Source: an uncultured Actinomycetes bacterium (GTDB lineage Bacteria; Actinomycetota; Acidimicrobiia; Acidimicrobiales; Acidimicrobilacustridaceae). From it: a stretch of DNA of 64,000 nucleotides. The stretch is taken from positions 16,836-80,835 of the forward strand of contig CALBSE010000011.1 of NCBI GenBank assembly GCA_937927725.1, given 5' to 3'. Both the position numbers and the translations under genes were made by a program. The notes under the pieces were generated by a model. That model saw only the letters and a list, made by a program, of their open reading frames with translations. It was not told the origin of the DNA and searched no databases. This document shows positions 26,690 through 37,029 of this stretch, piece after piece (the first letter of the stretch is position 1; every line of letters begins with the position of its first letter).

Positions 26690-27709
26690 TTGACCACTCT
26701 TGTGCGTCGAATCGGGCTTGTTCTCGCGATCGCGTTCGCGTTCGTTTGTTCAACCATGACTCAAGCAAGTGCGCTTTCACTTCATGCCACCGATTGGGAG
26801 TCGTCAATCATCTCGATTGCGCCAGCAACCCATGTGGTGGGCATCGAAGTTCTCAATGGTGGCGAAGCGCTTCAGCTCACCGTCCAACCACAGCACACCG
26901 CACTGATTTTGGGCTATCGAAATGAGCCCTATTTACGGATCAACGCCGACGGTGAAGTGCAGGCGAATCTCAAGTCCCCCACCTGGTGGTCCAACAAAAC
27001 CGGCACCGGTTCAGGATCCGTTCCCGATTCTGCTGACCCCACCGCAGCACCTGAATGGTCGAGGATTGGCAGCAATGGTTCGGTGGCGTGGCACGACCAC
27101 CGCATCCACGCCATGCCTGGCGTCACCACGGGAACCGACTGGACCGTCCTTCTCACGGTTGACGATATGCCGCTCGTGGTTCGTGGTCAGCTGACCAAGC
27201 TTCCTTCCCACGCCCCACTGCTCGAGGTGCTCCTTGCCATCGTGGCTGCAGCCACAATCGTGATCCTGGGCTTCCGCAGGGCATGGGCCATCTGTTCGGT
27301 CTCCACGCTCTTCGGCGCTGCCCTGGCCATCGTCGTGGCAAGCGGCGGTTGGACTGCTACCCCCTCCGGCTTTACCCATCCGTGGTTACCGCTTCTCGCG
27401 TCGCTTCTCACCGGAGCACTCGCAATCGCCAGCGTTCTTTTTCGTCACGTTTCTCGGCGTCTTCGAGTCACCACCATGGTGGGTGCAGTGGCCGCGTTGG
27501 CTTGGTGGGTCGCGCTCAACGTCTCGACACTCACTGCAGTCTTCGTACCGAACACCTACGCGGCCAGCGTCGTCCGATTCTCGGTTGGCCTCGCGTTGGG
27601 GATCGTGGTCGGTGTCGCTGTCGTGATCGTGCTTAGCGGTGGCTTCACCGAGCTCAACGAAGGCGATCAGGCAGTTGTCGACAACGGAAATGACGCAGCA
27701 GCAGTTTGA
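26690..27709 (+). CDS. Hypothetical membrane protein with WHDHRIH motif
   Basis: Signal peptide, extracellular domain and about five C-terminal TM helices; 5-bp gap after the ycnI-like gene. Confidence 0.75.
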   Translation: MTTLVRRIGLVLAIAFAFVCSTMTQASALSLHATDWESSIISIAPATHVVGIEVLNGGEALQLTVQPQHTALILGYRNEPYLRINADGEVQANLKSPTWWSNKTGTGSGSVPDSADPTAAPEWSRIGSNGSVAWHDHRIHAMPGVTTGTDWTVLLTVDDMPLVVRGQLTKLPSHAPLLEVLLAIVAAATIVILGFRRAWAICSVSTLFGAALAIVVASGGWTATPSGFTHPWLPLLASLLTGALAIASVLFRHVSRRLRVTTMVGAVAALAWWVALNVSTLTAVFVPNTYAASVVRFSVGLALGIVVGVAVVIVLSGGFTELNEGDQAVVDNGNDAAAV

Positions 27710-28458
27710 GTTGATTGGTCCTTGCGATCTGGGACTGTTCCGTACTGCCCTGTAATTGAGCGACGAAGTTCGTGAAGCGCATCAGTTCGAAGTTGGCTCA
27801 CTCTCGAACGAGTCACACCGAGTTCGCTCGCGATCTGTGCTGTTGTCTGACCATCAACGAATTGCCCAAGGATCACCCGGCGCTGACGCTGGGAAAGTCC
27901 GTCGATCGCTTGGCGCAAATACGCCAGAAGTTCCGCCTGCTCGAGCATGTCAACCACATCGGGTTGAGCGCGATCAATAAGTTCCTCGCTACCGAATCCG
28001 GCGCCAGTGTCATCGCTCTGACCGTGATCAAGTCGACCAACGTTGCTGGTTGCAACACGTGCCCTAACTTCGAGCACACGTTTAGACGTGCTGCCTGATT
28101 CCGCGGCAAGTTCTTCCGTTGTTGGTCGCCGTCCGTAGCGAGCGGTGAGCGAGTTTTCGACCATCTCAATTCGTCGCGCGGCAGCGCGAAGTGATCGTGG
28201 CGCCCAATCGTCGGCACGGACCGCATCGAGCACCGCCCCGCGAATACGGAGCGCGACAAATCGTTCGAACGGAACACCTCGTGCCGGATCAAATCTCCAT
28301 GCCGCTTCAACAACACCGAGCGCTCCGGCTCGAATAAGTTCCGCTCGCTCGACATGGCGAGGAAAGTTCGCGGCGATCGAGGCGACCACTTTGGGAACGA
28401 CTGCGAGCCCCCTGTCCACCAATGCTGCAACCTCGGGATCCATCGATTGACCGTTCAT
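27667..28458 (-). CDS. FliA/WhiG-family sigma factor
   Basis: FDPARGVPF...RIRGAVLDAVRADDWAPRSLR; region 4 LSQRQRRVI...SRVSQL; RBS GGGGGAG. Confidence 0.9.
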   Translation of the reverse strand: MNGQSMDPEVAALVDRGLAVVPKVVASIAANFPRHVERAELIRAGALGVVEAAWRFDPARGVPFERFVALRIRGAVLDAVRADDWAPRSLRAAARRIEMVENSLTARYGRRPTTEELAAESGSTSKRVLEVRARVATSNVGRLDHGQSDDTGAGFGSEELIDRAQPDVVDMLEQAELLAYLRQAIDGLSQRQRRVILGQFVDGQTTAQIASELGVTRSRVSQLRTDALHELRRSITGQYGTVPDRKDQSTQTAAASFPLSTTA

Positions 28459-28654
28459 CTGACTCCCCCTTTGTGCTTTCGCACTCACCCTCTCCCAGAA
28501 GTCGGCGAAACCTCCCCTTTCGCCAACTATCCCCGCAACCCATTCGTGCCGGATGGACACCCTAGGAACCCGCGCGGTCACATAGCTGGTCACCCCGGCC
28601 CATTTTCTTGCCTCGATCGGGTCAAATTTCCTGACTGCGGGATCGAGCAAGGGC

Positions 28655-29647
28655 TTAGAGGCCGCTCTCCCCTTCGAAAACTGCCGCTCTCACGCCTCGA
28701 CGAGCGAGCTCGGAGAGGAAGGCAAGCGAATCGACGGACTCGGCCAAGCCCGCCGATCCGAATCGCTTCAGCGAACCCTCAACGATGAATCGACACGCAA
28801 CTGCAGCGACAGCGCCTGCAGCAACCGCAGGTCGATCCATCGCTCCGTAGACCAGCACCGAACCACGACCGTCGCTACGCCCGCGAACTTCGACACGAAC
28901 GGCTCCGGGCCCGCCTTCCGGGTCGGTGGGCCAAAGCATAGGAAGCCGAGCTGTCAGTCGATCTCGACGAGTGGCCGACACACGCGAAGTAACGCGTCGC
29001 ACACCCGGGAATGCCGGAACCACCAAGAGTGCATCAGGGAGCTCTGCTCGGTAGCAGTCCTGCGGACCAATCGGGTCGGGGAACCAACACAGTTCGCGTC
29101 CGGAACCACCGGGTCGCGCATCCCAGGATCCGTCACGCCAGTCGATCGCGCCGCGGCCGAGTGCACGATGATGTTGGCGTGCGCAGGCCGGGCCACCGGT
29201 TCCTGATTTCGCGATGTGAATTTCGTCCACGTACTCGAATTTTTTTGCAGCATGCGCAGCGAGGACACATGTAAGTCCTGGAGCAAAACCGGCGCCAATG
29301 ACGACGTGAACGTTGCGTTCACGCGCGTGCTGATCAAGCGCCAAGAGGGCCCGAACATCGGTGAGGTCGTCGGTTGTGCTCACGACATGAATGCCTCGCC
29401 GAACAAACTGTTCGGCAACATGTGCTTGCGTTCGCGCCGGGCCAGCCAACACAACGACGTCGACATCGAGCGGATCATTGAGTGCACCGCGATCGATCGT
29501 TGCGCGATCGCCAAGACTGTTCGCAACCACTTCAACGCGATTACGTCGTTCGTCTCGAAGCACAACCTCGTCGTCATCGGTCGAGACGAGTTGTCGAGCG
29601 AGACGCGCGCCAACCGCGCCAACACCCAAGATTCCGATGCGAGCCAT
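28655..29647 (-). CDS. NAD(P)-dependent oxidoreductase (saccharopine dehydrogenase-like)
   Basis: Rossmann motif IGILGVGAVG; GAGFAPGL. Confidence 0.7.
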   Translation of the reverse strand: MARIGILGVGAVGARLARQLVSTDDDEVVLRDERRNRVEVVANSLGDRATIDRGALNDPLDVDVVVLAGPARTQAHVAEQFVRRGIHVVSTTDDLTDVRALLALDQHARERNVHVVIGAGFAPGLTCVLAAHAAKKFEYVDEIHIAKSGTGGPACARQHHRALGRGAIDWRDGSWDARPGGSGRELCWFPDPIGPQDCYRAELPDALLVVPAFPGVRRVTSRVSATRRDRLTARLPMLWPTDPEGGPGAVRVEVRGRSDGRGSVLVYGAMDRPAVAAGAVAAVACRFIVEGSLKRFGSAGLAESVDSLAFLSELARRGVRAAVFEGESGL

Positions 29648-29788
29648 GTCAGTCGAGACCGGGTCCGGAGAGTTCGCGCCATCCACCTGATCGGGGTGGG
29701 GCAACACCCGATCCGCGGAGCCGAACGGCGGCGGCGACAAGCGCCCCCATGCCGATGGCAACCATGGCCCGTCGGATCATCTTCATCG

Positions 29789-29862
<74 letters not shown>

Positions 29863-29915
29863 GAACTGGCCGGGGCGTCACCATACCGGACCCCCCTGCA
29901 ACGGGGAAAACCGGT

Positions 29916-30401
29916 TCAGGATCGCTGGTCTGGAGCCACCTGCGCCGTCTCGAGTTCGACCACCGTAAACCGAAGCCCGCCAAAGACTCCAGCAATCAGG
30001 TTGAACAGCACACTGGTCACGACGGCGAACAAAGCGCCGCCCAGAAAAAGCACCAATCCGGCCACGGTGGCGCCCTCAAAGACCTTGAGTCCGTCGATCG
30101 TGAAGGAACTTTCGGCCAACAACTGGGCCAGAAAGTCCTCGACCTTGCTGATGCTGCCGGTCACGACGGCGCCCTGCCACAGCAACACGCCAGCGACGAC
30201 GAGGATCATCCAAAGACAGAACGCAAAGGACAACGACACTCGCAGCATTGACCAAGGGTCGAGTCGGGTGACGACCCGTTGAACCTGACGGGCCTTCACT
30301 GCCTTGATCTGCCCCCGCCCAGCCGCGTTTGGTGGGGGTGGAGGGGCGGAGGCAGTCGGGGGCGCCGAGATGGACACTCCGGGCGTCTGGTCGACGGTCA
30401 T
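29916..30401 (-). CDS. DUF3566-like membrane protein
   Basis: R.DPWSMLRVSL...FNLIA...GG; conserved position between gyrA and tRNA-Ile. Confidence 0.88.
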   Translation of the reverse strand: MTVDQTPGVSISAPPTASAPPPPPNAAGRGQIKAVKARQVQRVVTRLDPWSMLRVSLSFAFCLWMILVVAGVLLWQGAVVTGSISKVEDFLAQLLAESSFTIDGLKVFEGATVAGLVLFLGGALFAVVTSVLFNLIAGVFGGLRFTVVELETAQVAPDQRS

Positions 30402-30442
30402 CGTCGAAGTGTACGCATCACGACACTTGGTGTCCGACAGGG

Positions 30443-30766
30443 TCACCACTGCCGACGAGCCCGAGCGGTAGCTCGTTCGTCCCCCAAGCGCACCACGACC
30501 TCGACCTCCGAGCCTTGCACCACAAACGACTCAAGCACGGCCCCATTGGCTTGGGTTACTGAACCGGCGATGTCCTCGCCCTCCGTCGCCCCAGCAAGCG
30601 CTGCGGCGTCGGCCGCCGACTGCGCTCGGGCCCGTTCATCGACCTGGATCCCGAGCCGCACAACAAGGAGACCGATGAGCATCACGATGGCGAGGACCAA
30701 CGCCGCCATTGGGACGATCTGACCCGGATCCAAGTGGCAACGCCGCGCTGAGCCATGTCGGACCAT
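30443..30766 (-). CDS. Tad/TadG-like prepilin-domain protein
   Basis: GQ followed by a hydrophobic helix and RAQSAADAAALAGA. Confidence 0.75.
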   Translation of the reverse strand: MVRHGSARRCHLDPGQIVPMAALVLAIVMLIGLLVVRLGIQVDERARAQSAADAAALAGATEGEDIAGSVTQANGAVLESFVVQGSEVEVVVRLGDERATARARRQW

Positions 30767-30895
30767 GGCGCACTCCCCTGCTGTGAATCACCGAGATGTT
30801 CCGTTCGAAAACTGAAACACGGGGTGAAGAATTGTCAGTGGGGGAAGTGGAGGCGACAGAACCTGTCGCGTTGGTAGTGGAGCGAGGAACGAGGT

Positions 30896-33394
30896 TCAGT
30901 CGTCGTCGGTGCCGAGCACCGGCGCAACCGACGCAACGGTTTCGCCGTCGGCCACATTCATGACCTTTACGCCGGTGGCATCGCGGCCCTGTGAAGAGAT
31001 TTCGCGGACCTCCATGCGAATCACCGTTCCGACACTATTGATCACGAAAATTTCGTCATCAATGCCGACCATGAAGGCCGCCACAACGGAGCCCTTCTTT
31101 TCGTTGATCTTGATGCCACGAACGCCCTGACCACCGCGGCCTTGACGATTGAACTTGTCGAGCTGGGTGCGCTTGCCGTACCCGCCATCGGTGACAAGGA
31201 GGATTGCGGCATCGTCACGAGTGACGTCGCAGGAAACAACTTCGTCGCCGGCGCGCATCTTCATGCCGCGAACGCCAGCAGCGGCGCGGCCCATGGCCCG
31301 AACTTCGTCCTCGGCGAACCGAATGGCCTGACCAGCCTTGGTAACCACGAGGATGTCATCGCCGCCATTCGTGGGAATGACCCGGACGAGTTCGTCGCCG
31401 TCTTTGAGGTTGATAGCGATGATGCCAGCGCGAAGCGAGGAGTCGTATTCGGTGAACTTGGTCTTCTTGACCTGACCGTTCTTGGTGCAGAAGAAGAGGA
31501 ACTTGTTCGACTCGTAATCACGCGTATCGATGATCGCTTGGATCTTTTCGTCGGGCTGCAACGGAAGAAGGTTGACCACGGCGGTGCCGCGCGCGGTGCG
31601 TTCCTTCATCGGGATTTCATGCGCCTTCAGGCGATACACACGTCCGCGAGTCGAGAAGAACAACAAGTAGGCGTGTGCTGTGGTGTGGATGATGTGCTGG
31701 ACGTAGTCCTCGTCCTTAAGCTTTGTGCCCGCAACACCACGACCACCGCGGCCCTGGACTTTGAACGCGTCGGAAGAAACGGTCTTGATATACCCCTTCG
31801 CCGACATAGTGACGACGAGGTCTTCGTCGTCGATGAGATCTTCGATGTCGAGATCGCCGACATCGAACGTGATCTGGCTGCGTCGAGGCTGTCCGTAGGT
31901 TTCACGAACCTTGCCCATTTCTTCTGCAATAACTGCACGCTTTTTGCCTTCGTCGCCAAGGATGGCTTCGAGTTCGGCGATGGTTTCGCGCAACTTCGCC
32001 ATTTCTTCCTCGAGTTGCGAACGGCCCAGCCGGGTAAGCCGAGACAGCTGCATATCGAGGATATGTTCGGCCTGTTCGGTCGAAAACTCGAACGGAGCCG
32101 CCATGAGCGCTTCGCGTGCCGCCTGCTTGTCGGCCGACGCACGAATGGCAGCGATGATTTCATCGATGAGATCGAGGGCCTTGAGAAGACCTTCGACGAT
32201 GTGGGCGCGACGCTGCGCTTCATCAAGGCGGTACTGCGAACGACGGGTGATGACTTCGATCTGGTGATCGATATAGGCCACAAGCGCATCGCGGAGGTTG
32301 AGTGTGCGAGGAATGCCGTCGACGAGTGCAACGGTGTTTACCGCAAAGTTCGTTTGCAGCGGCGTGCGCTTGTAGAGGTTATTGAGAATGACGAGCGCCG
32401 GCGCATCGCGCTTCAGACGAAGCACCAAGCGCATCTTGCCCTTGGCGGATTCGTCGTTGAGTTCGGCAATGCCTTCGAGTTCTCGATTATCGACCAGTTC
32501 CTTGACCTTGACGATGAACTGGTTCGGGCTCACCTGGTATGGCAGCTCGGTAATGACAATGAAATCGGAACGCGTTCCTTCTTCGATTTCGGCCTTACCG
32601 CGAAGCTTGATTGAACCTCGACCAGTTCGGTAGGCGTCGATGATTCCTTGGCGACCCATGATGAGCGCGCCGGTTGGGAAGTCGGGTCCTTTGACGAATT
32701 CCATGAGGTCGTCAGGTGTTGCTTCCGGATTTTGCAGAAGGTGATTCACCGCGTCGATGACTTCACCAAGGTTGTGCGGCGGAATGTTGGTCGCCATACC
32801 AACAGCGATGCCCTGCGAACCGTTTACCAACAGGTTGGGGAAACGGCTGGGGAGAACGACAGGTTCTTGGAACTCCCCGGAATAGTTGTCGATGAAATCG
32901 ACGGTGTTTTCGTCGATGTCGGCAAGCATGTCGAGCGCCATCGGCGCGAGACGACATTCGGTGTAACGCGCAGCAGCTGGTGGTTCATCGAGTGAGCCGA
33001 AGTTTCCCTTCGGATGCACCAATGGATGACGCAACGAAAACGACTGACCCATTCGAACCAATGCGTCGTAGATCGCGGAGTCGCCATGTGGGTGGTATTT
33101 GCCCATGACTTCGCCGGTGACGCGCGCACATTTCATGGTGGGGCGGTCGGGAAGGGCACGAAGGTCGTACATGCCCCAAAGAATTCGTCGATGAACGGGC
33201 TTCAAGCCATCGCGTGCGTCGGGAAGGGCACGTGAAACGATGACGGACATCGCGTAGTCGAGGAAGGAGCGTTCCATCTCCTCCTGAATCTCGATTGGCT
33301 CAATGGTGCCGAAGGTTGCCGGCGGAGCATCACCAGATCCGGTGTCGTCTCCTCCGGTGTTTTCGCCGTCGTCCGATGCCTTCTTTTTCGCCAT
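30896..33394 (-). CDS. gyrA: DNA gyrase subunit A
   Basis: YHPHGD, AAARYTE and GyrA-box QGRGGRG. Confidence 0.98.
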   Translation of the reverse strand: MAKKKASDDGENTGGDDTGSGDAPPATFGTIEPIEIQEEMERSFLDYAMSVIVSRALPDARDGLKPVHRRILWGMYDLRALPDRPTMKCARVTGEVMGKYHPHGDSAIYDALVRMGQSFSLRHPLVHPKGNFGSLDEPPAAARYTECRLAPMALDMLADIDENTVDFIDNYSGEFQEPVVLPSRFPNLLVNGSQGIAVGMATNIPPHNLGEVIDAVNHLLQNPEATPDDLMEFVKGPDFPTGALIMGRQGIIDAYRTGRGSIKLRGKAEIEEGTRSDFIVITELPYQVSPNQFIVKVKELVDNRELEGIAELNDESAKGKMRLVLRLKRDAPALVILNNLYKRTPLQTNFAVNTVALVDGIPRTLNLRDALVAYIDHQIEVITRRSQYRLDEAQRRAHIVEGLLKALDLIDEIIAAIRASADKQAAREALMAAPFEFSTEQAEHILDMQLSRLTRLGRSQLEEEMAKLRETIAELEAILGDEGKKRAVIAEEMGKVRETYGQPRRSQITFDVGDLDIEDLIDDEDLVVTMSAKGYIKTVSSDAFKVQGRGGRGVAGTKLKDEDYVQHIIHTTAHAYLLFFSTRGRVYRLKAHEIPMKERTARGTAVVNLLPLQPDEKIQAIIDTRDYESNKFLFFCTKNGQVKKTKFTEYDSSLRAGIIAINLKDGDELVRVIPTNGGDDILVVTKAGQAIRFAEDEVRAMGRAAAGVRGMKMRAGDEVVSCDVTRDDAAILLVTDGGYGKRTQLDKFNRQGRGGQGVRGIKINEKKGSVVAAFMVGIDDEIFVINSVGTVIRMEVREISSQGRDATGVKVMNVADGETVASVAPVLGTDDD

Positions 33395-33429
33395 CTGATG
33401 CCTGTGGTTCCTGTCGTCGGGCGGCTTCC

Positions 33430-35367
33430 TCAGATGTCGAGGAAGCGCACGTCCTTCGCGTTTGTCTGAATGAAGTGCTTGCGGGATTCAACGTCGTCAC
33501 CCATGAGCACCGAGAAGATTTCGTCGGCGATCGACGCCTGTTCGACGGTGACCTGAAGCAAGGTGCGCTTGGTGGCATCCATAGTGGTGTCACCAAGTTC
33601 GTCGTAGTCCATCTCGCCGAGACCCTTGAGTCGTTGGAACTCTTTCTTATGGTCGGGCTTTTCCGACAAGAACGCCGCTTTCGCGGTGTCGTCCTTGAGA
33701 TAAATCTTCTCTTTGCCAACCACCGTTGAATACAGCGGCGGCTGGGCGATGTACACATGCTGCTGCTCGACGAGTTCTTTCATGTGGCGGAAGAAAAACG
33801 TCAGCAGAAGTGTGCGGATGTGTGAGCCGTCGACGTCGGCGTCACACATGAGGATGACTTTGTTGTAACGAATTTTTTCGACATCGAATTCCGCACTGAC
33901 ACCAGCACCGATAGCGGTGATCAGTGTTTGGACTTCGTTGTTCTTCAGCATTTTGTCGAGACGAGCTCGCTCAACGTTGAGGATCTTGCCGCGAATGGGG
34001 AGGATCGCCTGGGTGCGCGGATCACGGGCAGCGACTGCGGAACCACCGGCGGAATCACCTTCGACAATGAAGAGTTCACACTCATCGGGATTGCGACTTG
34101 CGCAATCTTTGAGTTTGTCGGGCATTCCCGCGCCCTCAAGTGCGGACTTTCGACGAGTGGCGTCGCGAGCATTTCGAGCGGCAAGTCGTGCGCGCGAGGC
34201 GAGCGTTGCCTTCTGAACAATTTTGCGGGCTTCGGCCGGATTTTCTTCGAGCCAATCAGCAAGACGTTCGTTCGTGGCCTTTTCAACCAACGAACGCATC
34301 GAAACGTTGCCCAACTTGCCCTTGGTCTGACCTTCGAACTGCGGTTCGCGCAACTTCACCGAAATAATCGCGGTGAGGCCTTCACGAATGTCGTCGCCAG
34401 TGAGGTTCTCTTCCTTTTCTTTCAGAAGAGACTTTGCCCGGGCGTATTTGTTGACGACATTGGTGATGGACTTTTTAAAGCCCTCTTCGTGCATGCCGCC
34501 TTCGATGGTGGCAATGCCATTTGCGAACGAATGCAGGCCGTCGGCGTTGAAGCCCGTGTTCCACTGGAACGCGATTTCGACTTCCTGATCTTCTTCGGCC
34601 TGCTCGTAGTAGCCGACCTTTTTGAACAGGGCCTCTTTGGAGGAGTTCAGGTGGCGCACAAAGTCGACGATGCCGCCGGCGTACTTGAAGATAATGACGT
34701 CGGAATTGGTTGCTTCGGGACGCTTGTCTTGGAATCGAATCTCAAGGCCCTTGTTGAGAAACGCCATCATTTGAAACCGCTCGAGCAACGTCTGCGCTCG
34801 GAACACCGTTTCATCAAAAATTGTGGGATCTGGCCAGAAGCGAACGGTGGTGCCCGTTCGGCCCTTTGGAGCCTTTCCGCGGACCTCAAGTTTGGTGGTG
34901 AGCTTTCCGCCGTTGGTGAAGTCCATGTAGTGGTGGTCGCCCGAGTGGTCGATCTCGACCTCGACGCGCGATGAAAGAGCGTTCACGACCGAGATACCGA
35001 CGCCGTGGAGACCGCCCGAGACCTTGTAGCCCCCGCCGCCAAATTTGCCGCCAGCGTGGAGGACAGTGAGAACGACTTCGGCCGCACTCATGCCCTTCAT
35101 CTTGGGATCGGGGTGCTTGTCGACCGGAATGCCTCGTCCGTCATCGACAACTTCGCAACTGCCATCGGGCATCAAGGTGACCTCAATGCGCGTTGCGTGT
35201 CCGGCCATTGCTTCGTCAACGGAGTTATCGACGACTTCGTACACCAAGTGATGCAGACCGGCAGGACCGGTTGAACCGATGTACATGCCGGGTCGTTTGC
35301 GCACCGCCTCGAGGCCCTCGAGGATCGTGATGTCTTTTGCGCCGTACTCTTCGGTGGTTTTCGCCAC
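33430..35367 (-). CDS. gyrB: DNA gyrase subunit B
   Basis: EVVDNSVDE, GGLHGVG, EGDSAGG and DADVDG. Confidence 0.98.
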   Translation of the reverse strand: MAKTTEEYGAKDITILEGLEAVRKRPGMYIGSTGPAGLHHLVYEVVDNSVDEAMAGHATRIEVTLMPDGSCEVVDDGRGIPVDKHPDPKMKGMSAAEVVLTVLHAGGKFGGGGYKVSGGLHGVGISVVNALSSRVEVEIDHSGDHHYMDFTNGGKLTTKLEVRGKAPKGRTGTTVRFWPDPTIFDETVFRAQTLLERFQMMAFLNKGLEIRFQDKRPEATNSDVIIFKYAGGIVDFVRHLNSSKEALFKKVGYYEQAEEDQEVEIAFQWNTGFNADGLHSFANGIATIEGGMHEEGFKKSITNVVNKYARAKSLLKEKEENLTGDDIREGLTAIISVKLREPQFEGQTKGKLGNVSMRSLVEKATNERLADWLEENPAEARKIVQKATLASRARLAARNARDATRRKSALEGAGMPDKLKDCASRNPDECELFIVEGDSAGGSAVAARDPRTQAILPIRGKILNVERARLDKMLKNNEVQTLITAIGAGVSAEFDVEKIRYNKVILMCDADVDGSHIRTLLLTFFFRHMKELVEQQHVYIAQPPLYSTVVGKEKIYLKDDTAKAAFLSEKPDHKKEFQRLKGLGEMDYDELGDTTMDATKRTLLQVTVEQASIADEIFSVLMGDDVESRKHFIQTNAKDVRFLDI

Positions 35368-35550
35368 GCTTTGGGCTTCCCCTTACCGGTACTTCGCCGG
35401 TGTCTTGATTGCGAGAACAACAGGTACAAACTGCGAATTCGACGTTCGAACTGCGTCTGTCACAGCCGAACAATCCTACCAGTGACACGCGTGTTTTCCG
35501 GGTATTACGACGCGCAAATCATGATGCGCGGACTTGTTGACGCGACAGGG

Positions 35551-35886
35551 TCAACCAGCCTGTTCTGGACGCACACGAACATCGATCGCGTCGATCGCGC
35601 CTTGGCCAAGCTCTGCTCGAAGTCGATCGATCAAATCGTGTTCGAGAAATCGCAACTGCGTTGCCCACGCTGGATCGGAAACGGCGACAACGAGGGTCGT
35701 CCCTTTCATTGCAACCGGACGACTCTGTGCAGCAACAGCGTCACCAACCAGTTCGGGCCAACGGCCAAAAATTCCGGTAGTGACATCGGCAGATGGTCCA
35801 CCGAGATGACGCACGATGCGATCAAGGCTTGCGTGCATCGACACGGGATCGCCCATTGAAGCGTCAGGCAGCGGTTCCCATGGCAT
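35551..35886 (-). CDS. dciA: DciA / DUF721 family protein
   Basis: W..LVG..VA...RP....G.L.V.VSDPAWATQL; located between recF and gyrB. Confidence 0.85.
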   Translation of the reverse strand: MPWEPLPDASMGDPVSMHASLDRIVRHLGGPSADVTTGIFGRWPELVGDAVAAQSRPVAMKGTTLVVAVSDPAWATQLRFLEHDLIDRLRAELGQGAIDAIDVRVRPEQAG

Positions 35887-35948
35887 TGGTGCAGTGTAGG
35901 GATTCGGCATCAAAACACGCCGGAACAGTGACGCGGCAGTTGTCGTTG

Positions 35949-37028
35949 CTACTCCGGTCGAATTGTTGCGTTCGAAACACGCAGCACCAACTCTGGAGAG
36001 GCTCCCGGCGGCAAACCAGCTGCGCTCGAAAGCACGGTTTGGCCTGGGGGTAAATGCTCGAGAAGTGCGGCGCTTCGGTCGGGGTCGAGTTCGGAGAACA
36101 CGTCGTCGAGCAACAAAATCGGCGAGGACCCAGTTGCGTCGGTAACGACACGGTGGGCAGCGAGGCGCAATGCCAATGCAAGTGATCGTTGCTCGCCTTG
36201 AGACGCGTGTGTCCGCGACGGCAACTGATCGAGGTGTAGTACGAGATCATCTCGGTGCGGGCCAACTAGCGAAACACCGCGGCGAAGTTCGTCGCGCCGC
36301 GCTGCCTCGAGCGCTGAGGCCAAACCTTCAACCCGCCATGGAGCGTCGTACGAAACGCTTACGGGAACAGGACGACCTGCAACTTGTGAATAGGCAAGGT
36401 CGAGTGCAGGACCGAGTTCTTGAACCAGTTCGTCCCGTGCATTCGCGAGCGCTTCGCCAGTTTCGACCAACTTCGCATCCCACACCATGAGCGTTGCTTC
36501 GACCTCAGGACTCAAACGCCCGCCACTTTGTTTTAGCAAGGCATTTCGTTGTCGGAGGATTCGGTCGAGGTCGGAGCGCAACGAATCAAAAGCGGGCCGG
36601 CGGGCAACCAACGCATCGTCGAGGTAGCGGCGTCGTTCGGCGGGACCACCCTTGACCAGCTCAAGGTCGTCGGGAGCGAACACTGAAACGCGGAGCGCGC
36701 CAAGGAGGTCGCGTGTTCGTGCCAATTTCTGCTTGTTTACCTGGACGCGCCCGCGCCCAGTGGACGCGATCTCTGCCTCGATAAGAAGTTGACGGCCTTC
36801 GCGTTCGCCTTCTGCCCGGACGATCGCCGAGGATGCTCCCGCTCGGACTAACGCATCGTTCGGCGCACCGCGGAACGACGAAAGGGTCGCGAGATAGCCG
36901 ATGGCTTCCATAACGTTGGTTTTTCCTTCGCCATTTTGGCCAAGCAGTGCAGTGAGCCCGGGTGCAAAGGCAATATCCGCGCTGGCATAAGACCGAAAGT
37001 CGGTGAGCCAGAGACGAGCGAGACGCAC
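35949..37028 (-). CDS. recF: DNA replication/repair protein RecF
   Basis: GQNGEGKTN, GPHRDDL, ASQGEQR and LLLDDVFSELD. Confidence 0.97.
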   Translation of the reverse strand: MRLARLWLTDFRSYASADIAFAPGLTALLGQNGEGKTNVMEAIGYLATLSSFRGAPNDALVRAGASSAIVRAEGEREGRQLLIEAEIASTGRGRVQVNKQKLARTRDLLGALRVSVFAPDDLELVKGGPAERRRYLDDALVARRPAFDSLRSDLDRILRQRNALLKQSGGRLSPEVEATLMVWDAKLVETGEALANARDELVQELGPALDLAYSQVAGRPVPVSVSYDAPWRVEGLASALEAARRDELRRGVSLVGPHRDDLVLHLDQLPSRTHASQGEQRSLALALRLAAHRVVTDATGSSPILLLDDVFSELDPDRSAALLEHLPPGQTVLSSAAGLPPGASPELVLRVSNATIRPE

Positions 37029-37029
37029 G

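Noticed and set aside
28459-28654. c-di-GMP or c-di-AMP riboswitch upstream of the sigma gene
   Set aside because: Only scattered short matches in the wrong order; kept only as an unassigned structured leader.
30853-30869. GCGACAG-aac-CTGTCGC hairpin after gyrA as a terminator
   Set aside because: Short stem and no U-tract on the coding strand.
31142-32614. 490-aa plus-strand ORF
   Set aside because: Antisense shadow of gyrA; no recognisable motifs. Typical of high-GC codon bias.
33928-34974. 348-aa plus-strand ORF
   Set aside because: Antisense shadow of gyrB.
35432-35450. SOS-like sequence in the gyrB promoter (CGAATTCGACGTTCG)
   Set aside because: Half-site spacing is 5 rather than 4, and the left half-site is mismatched.
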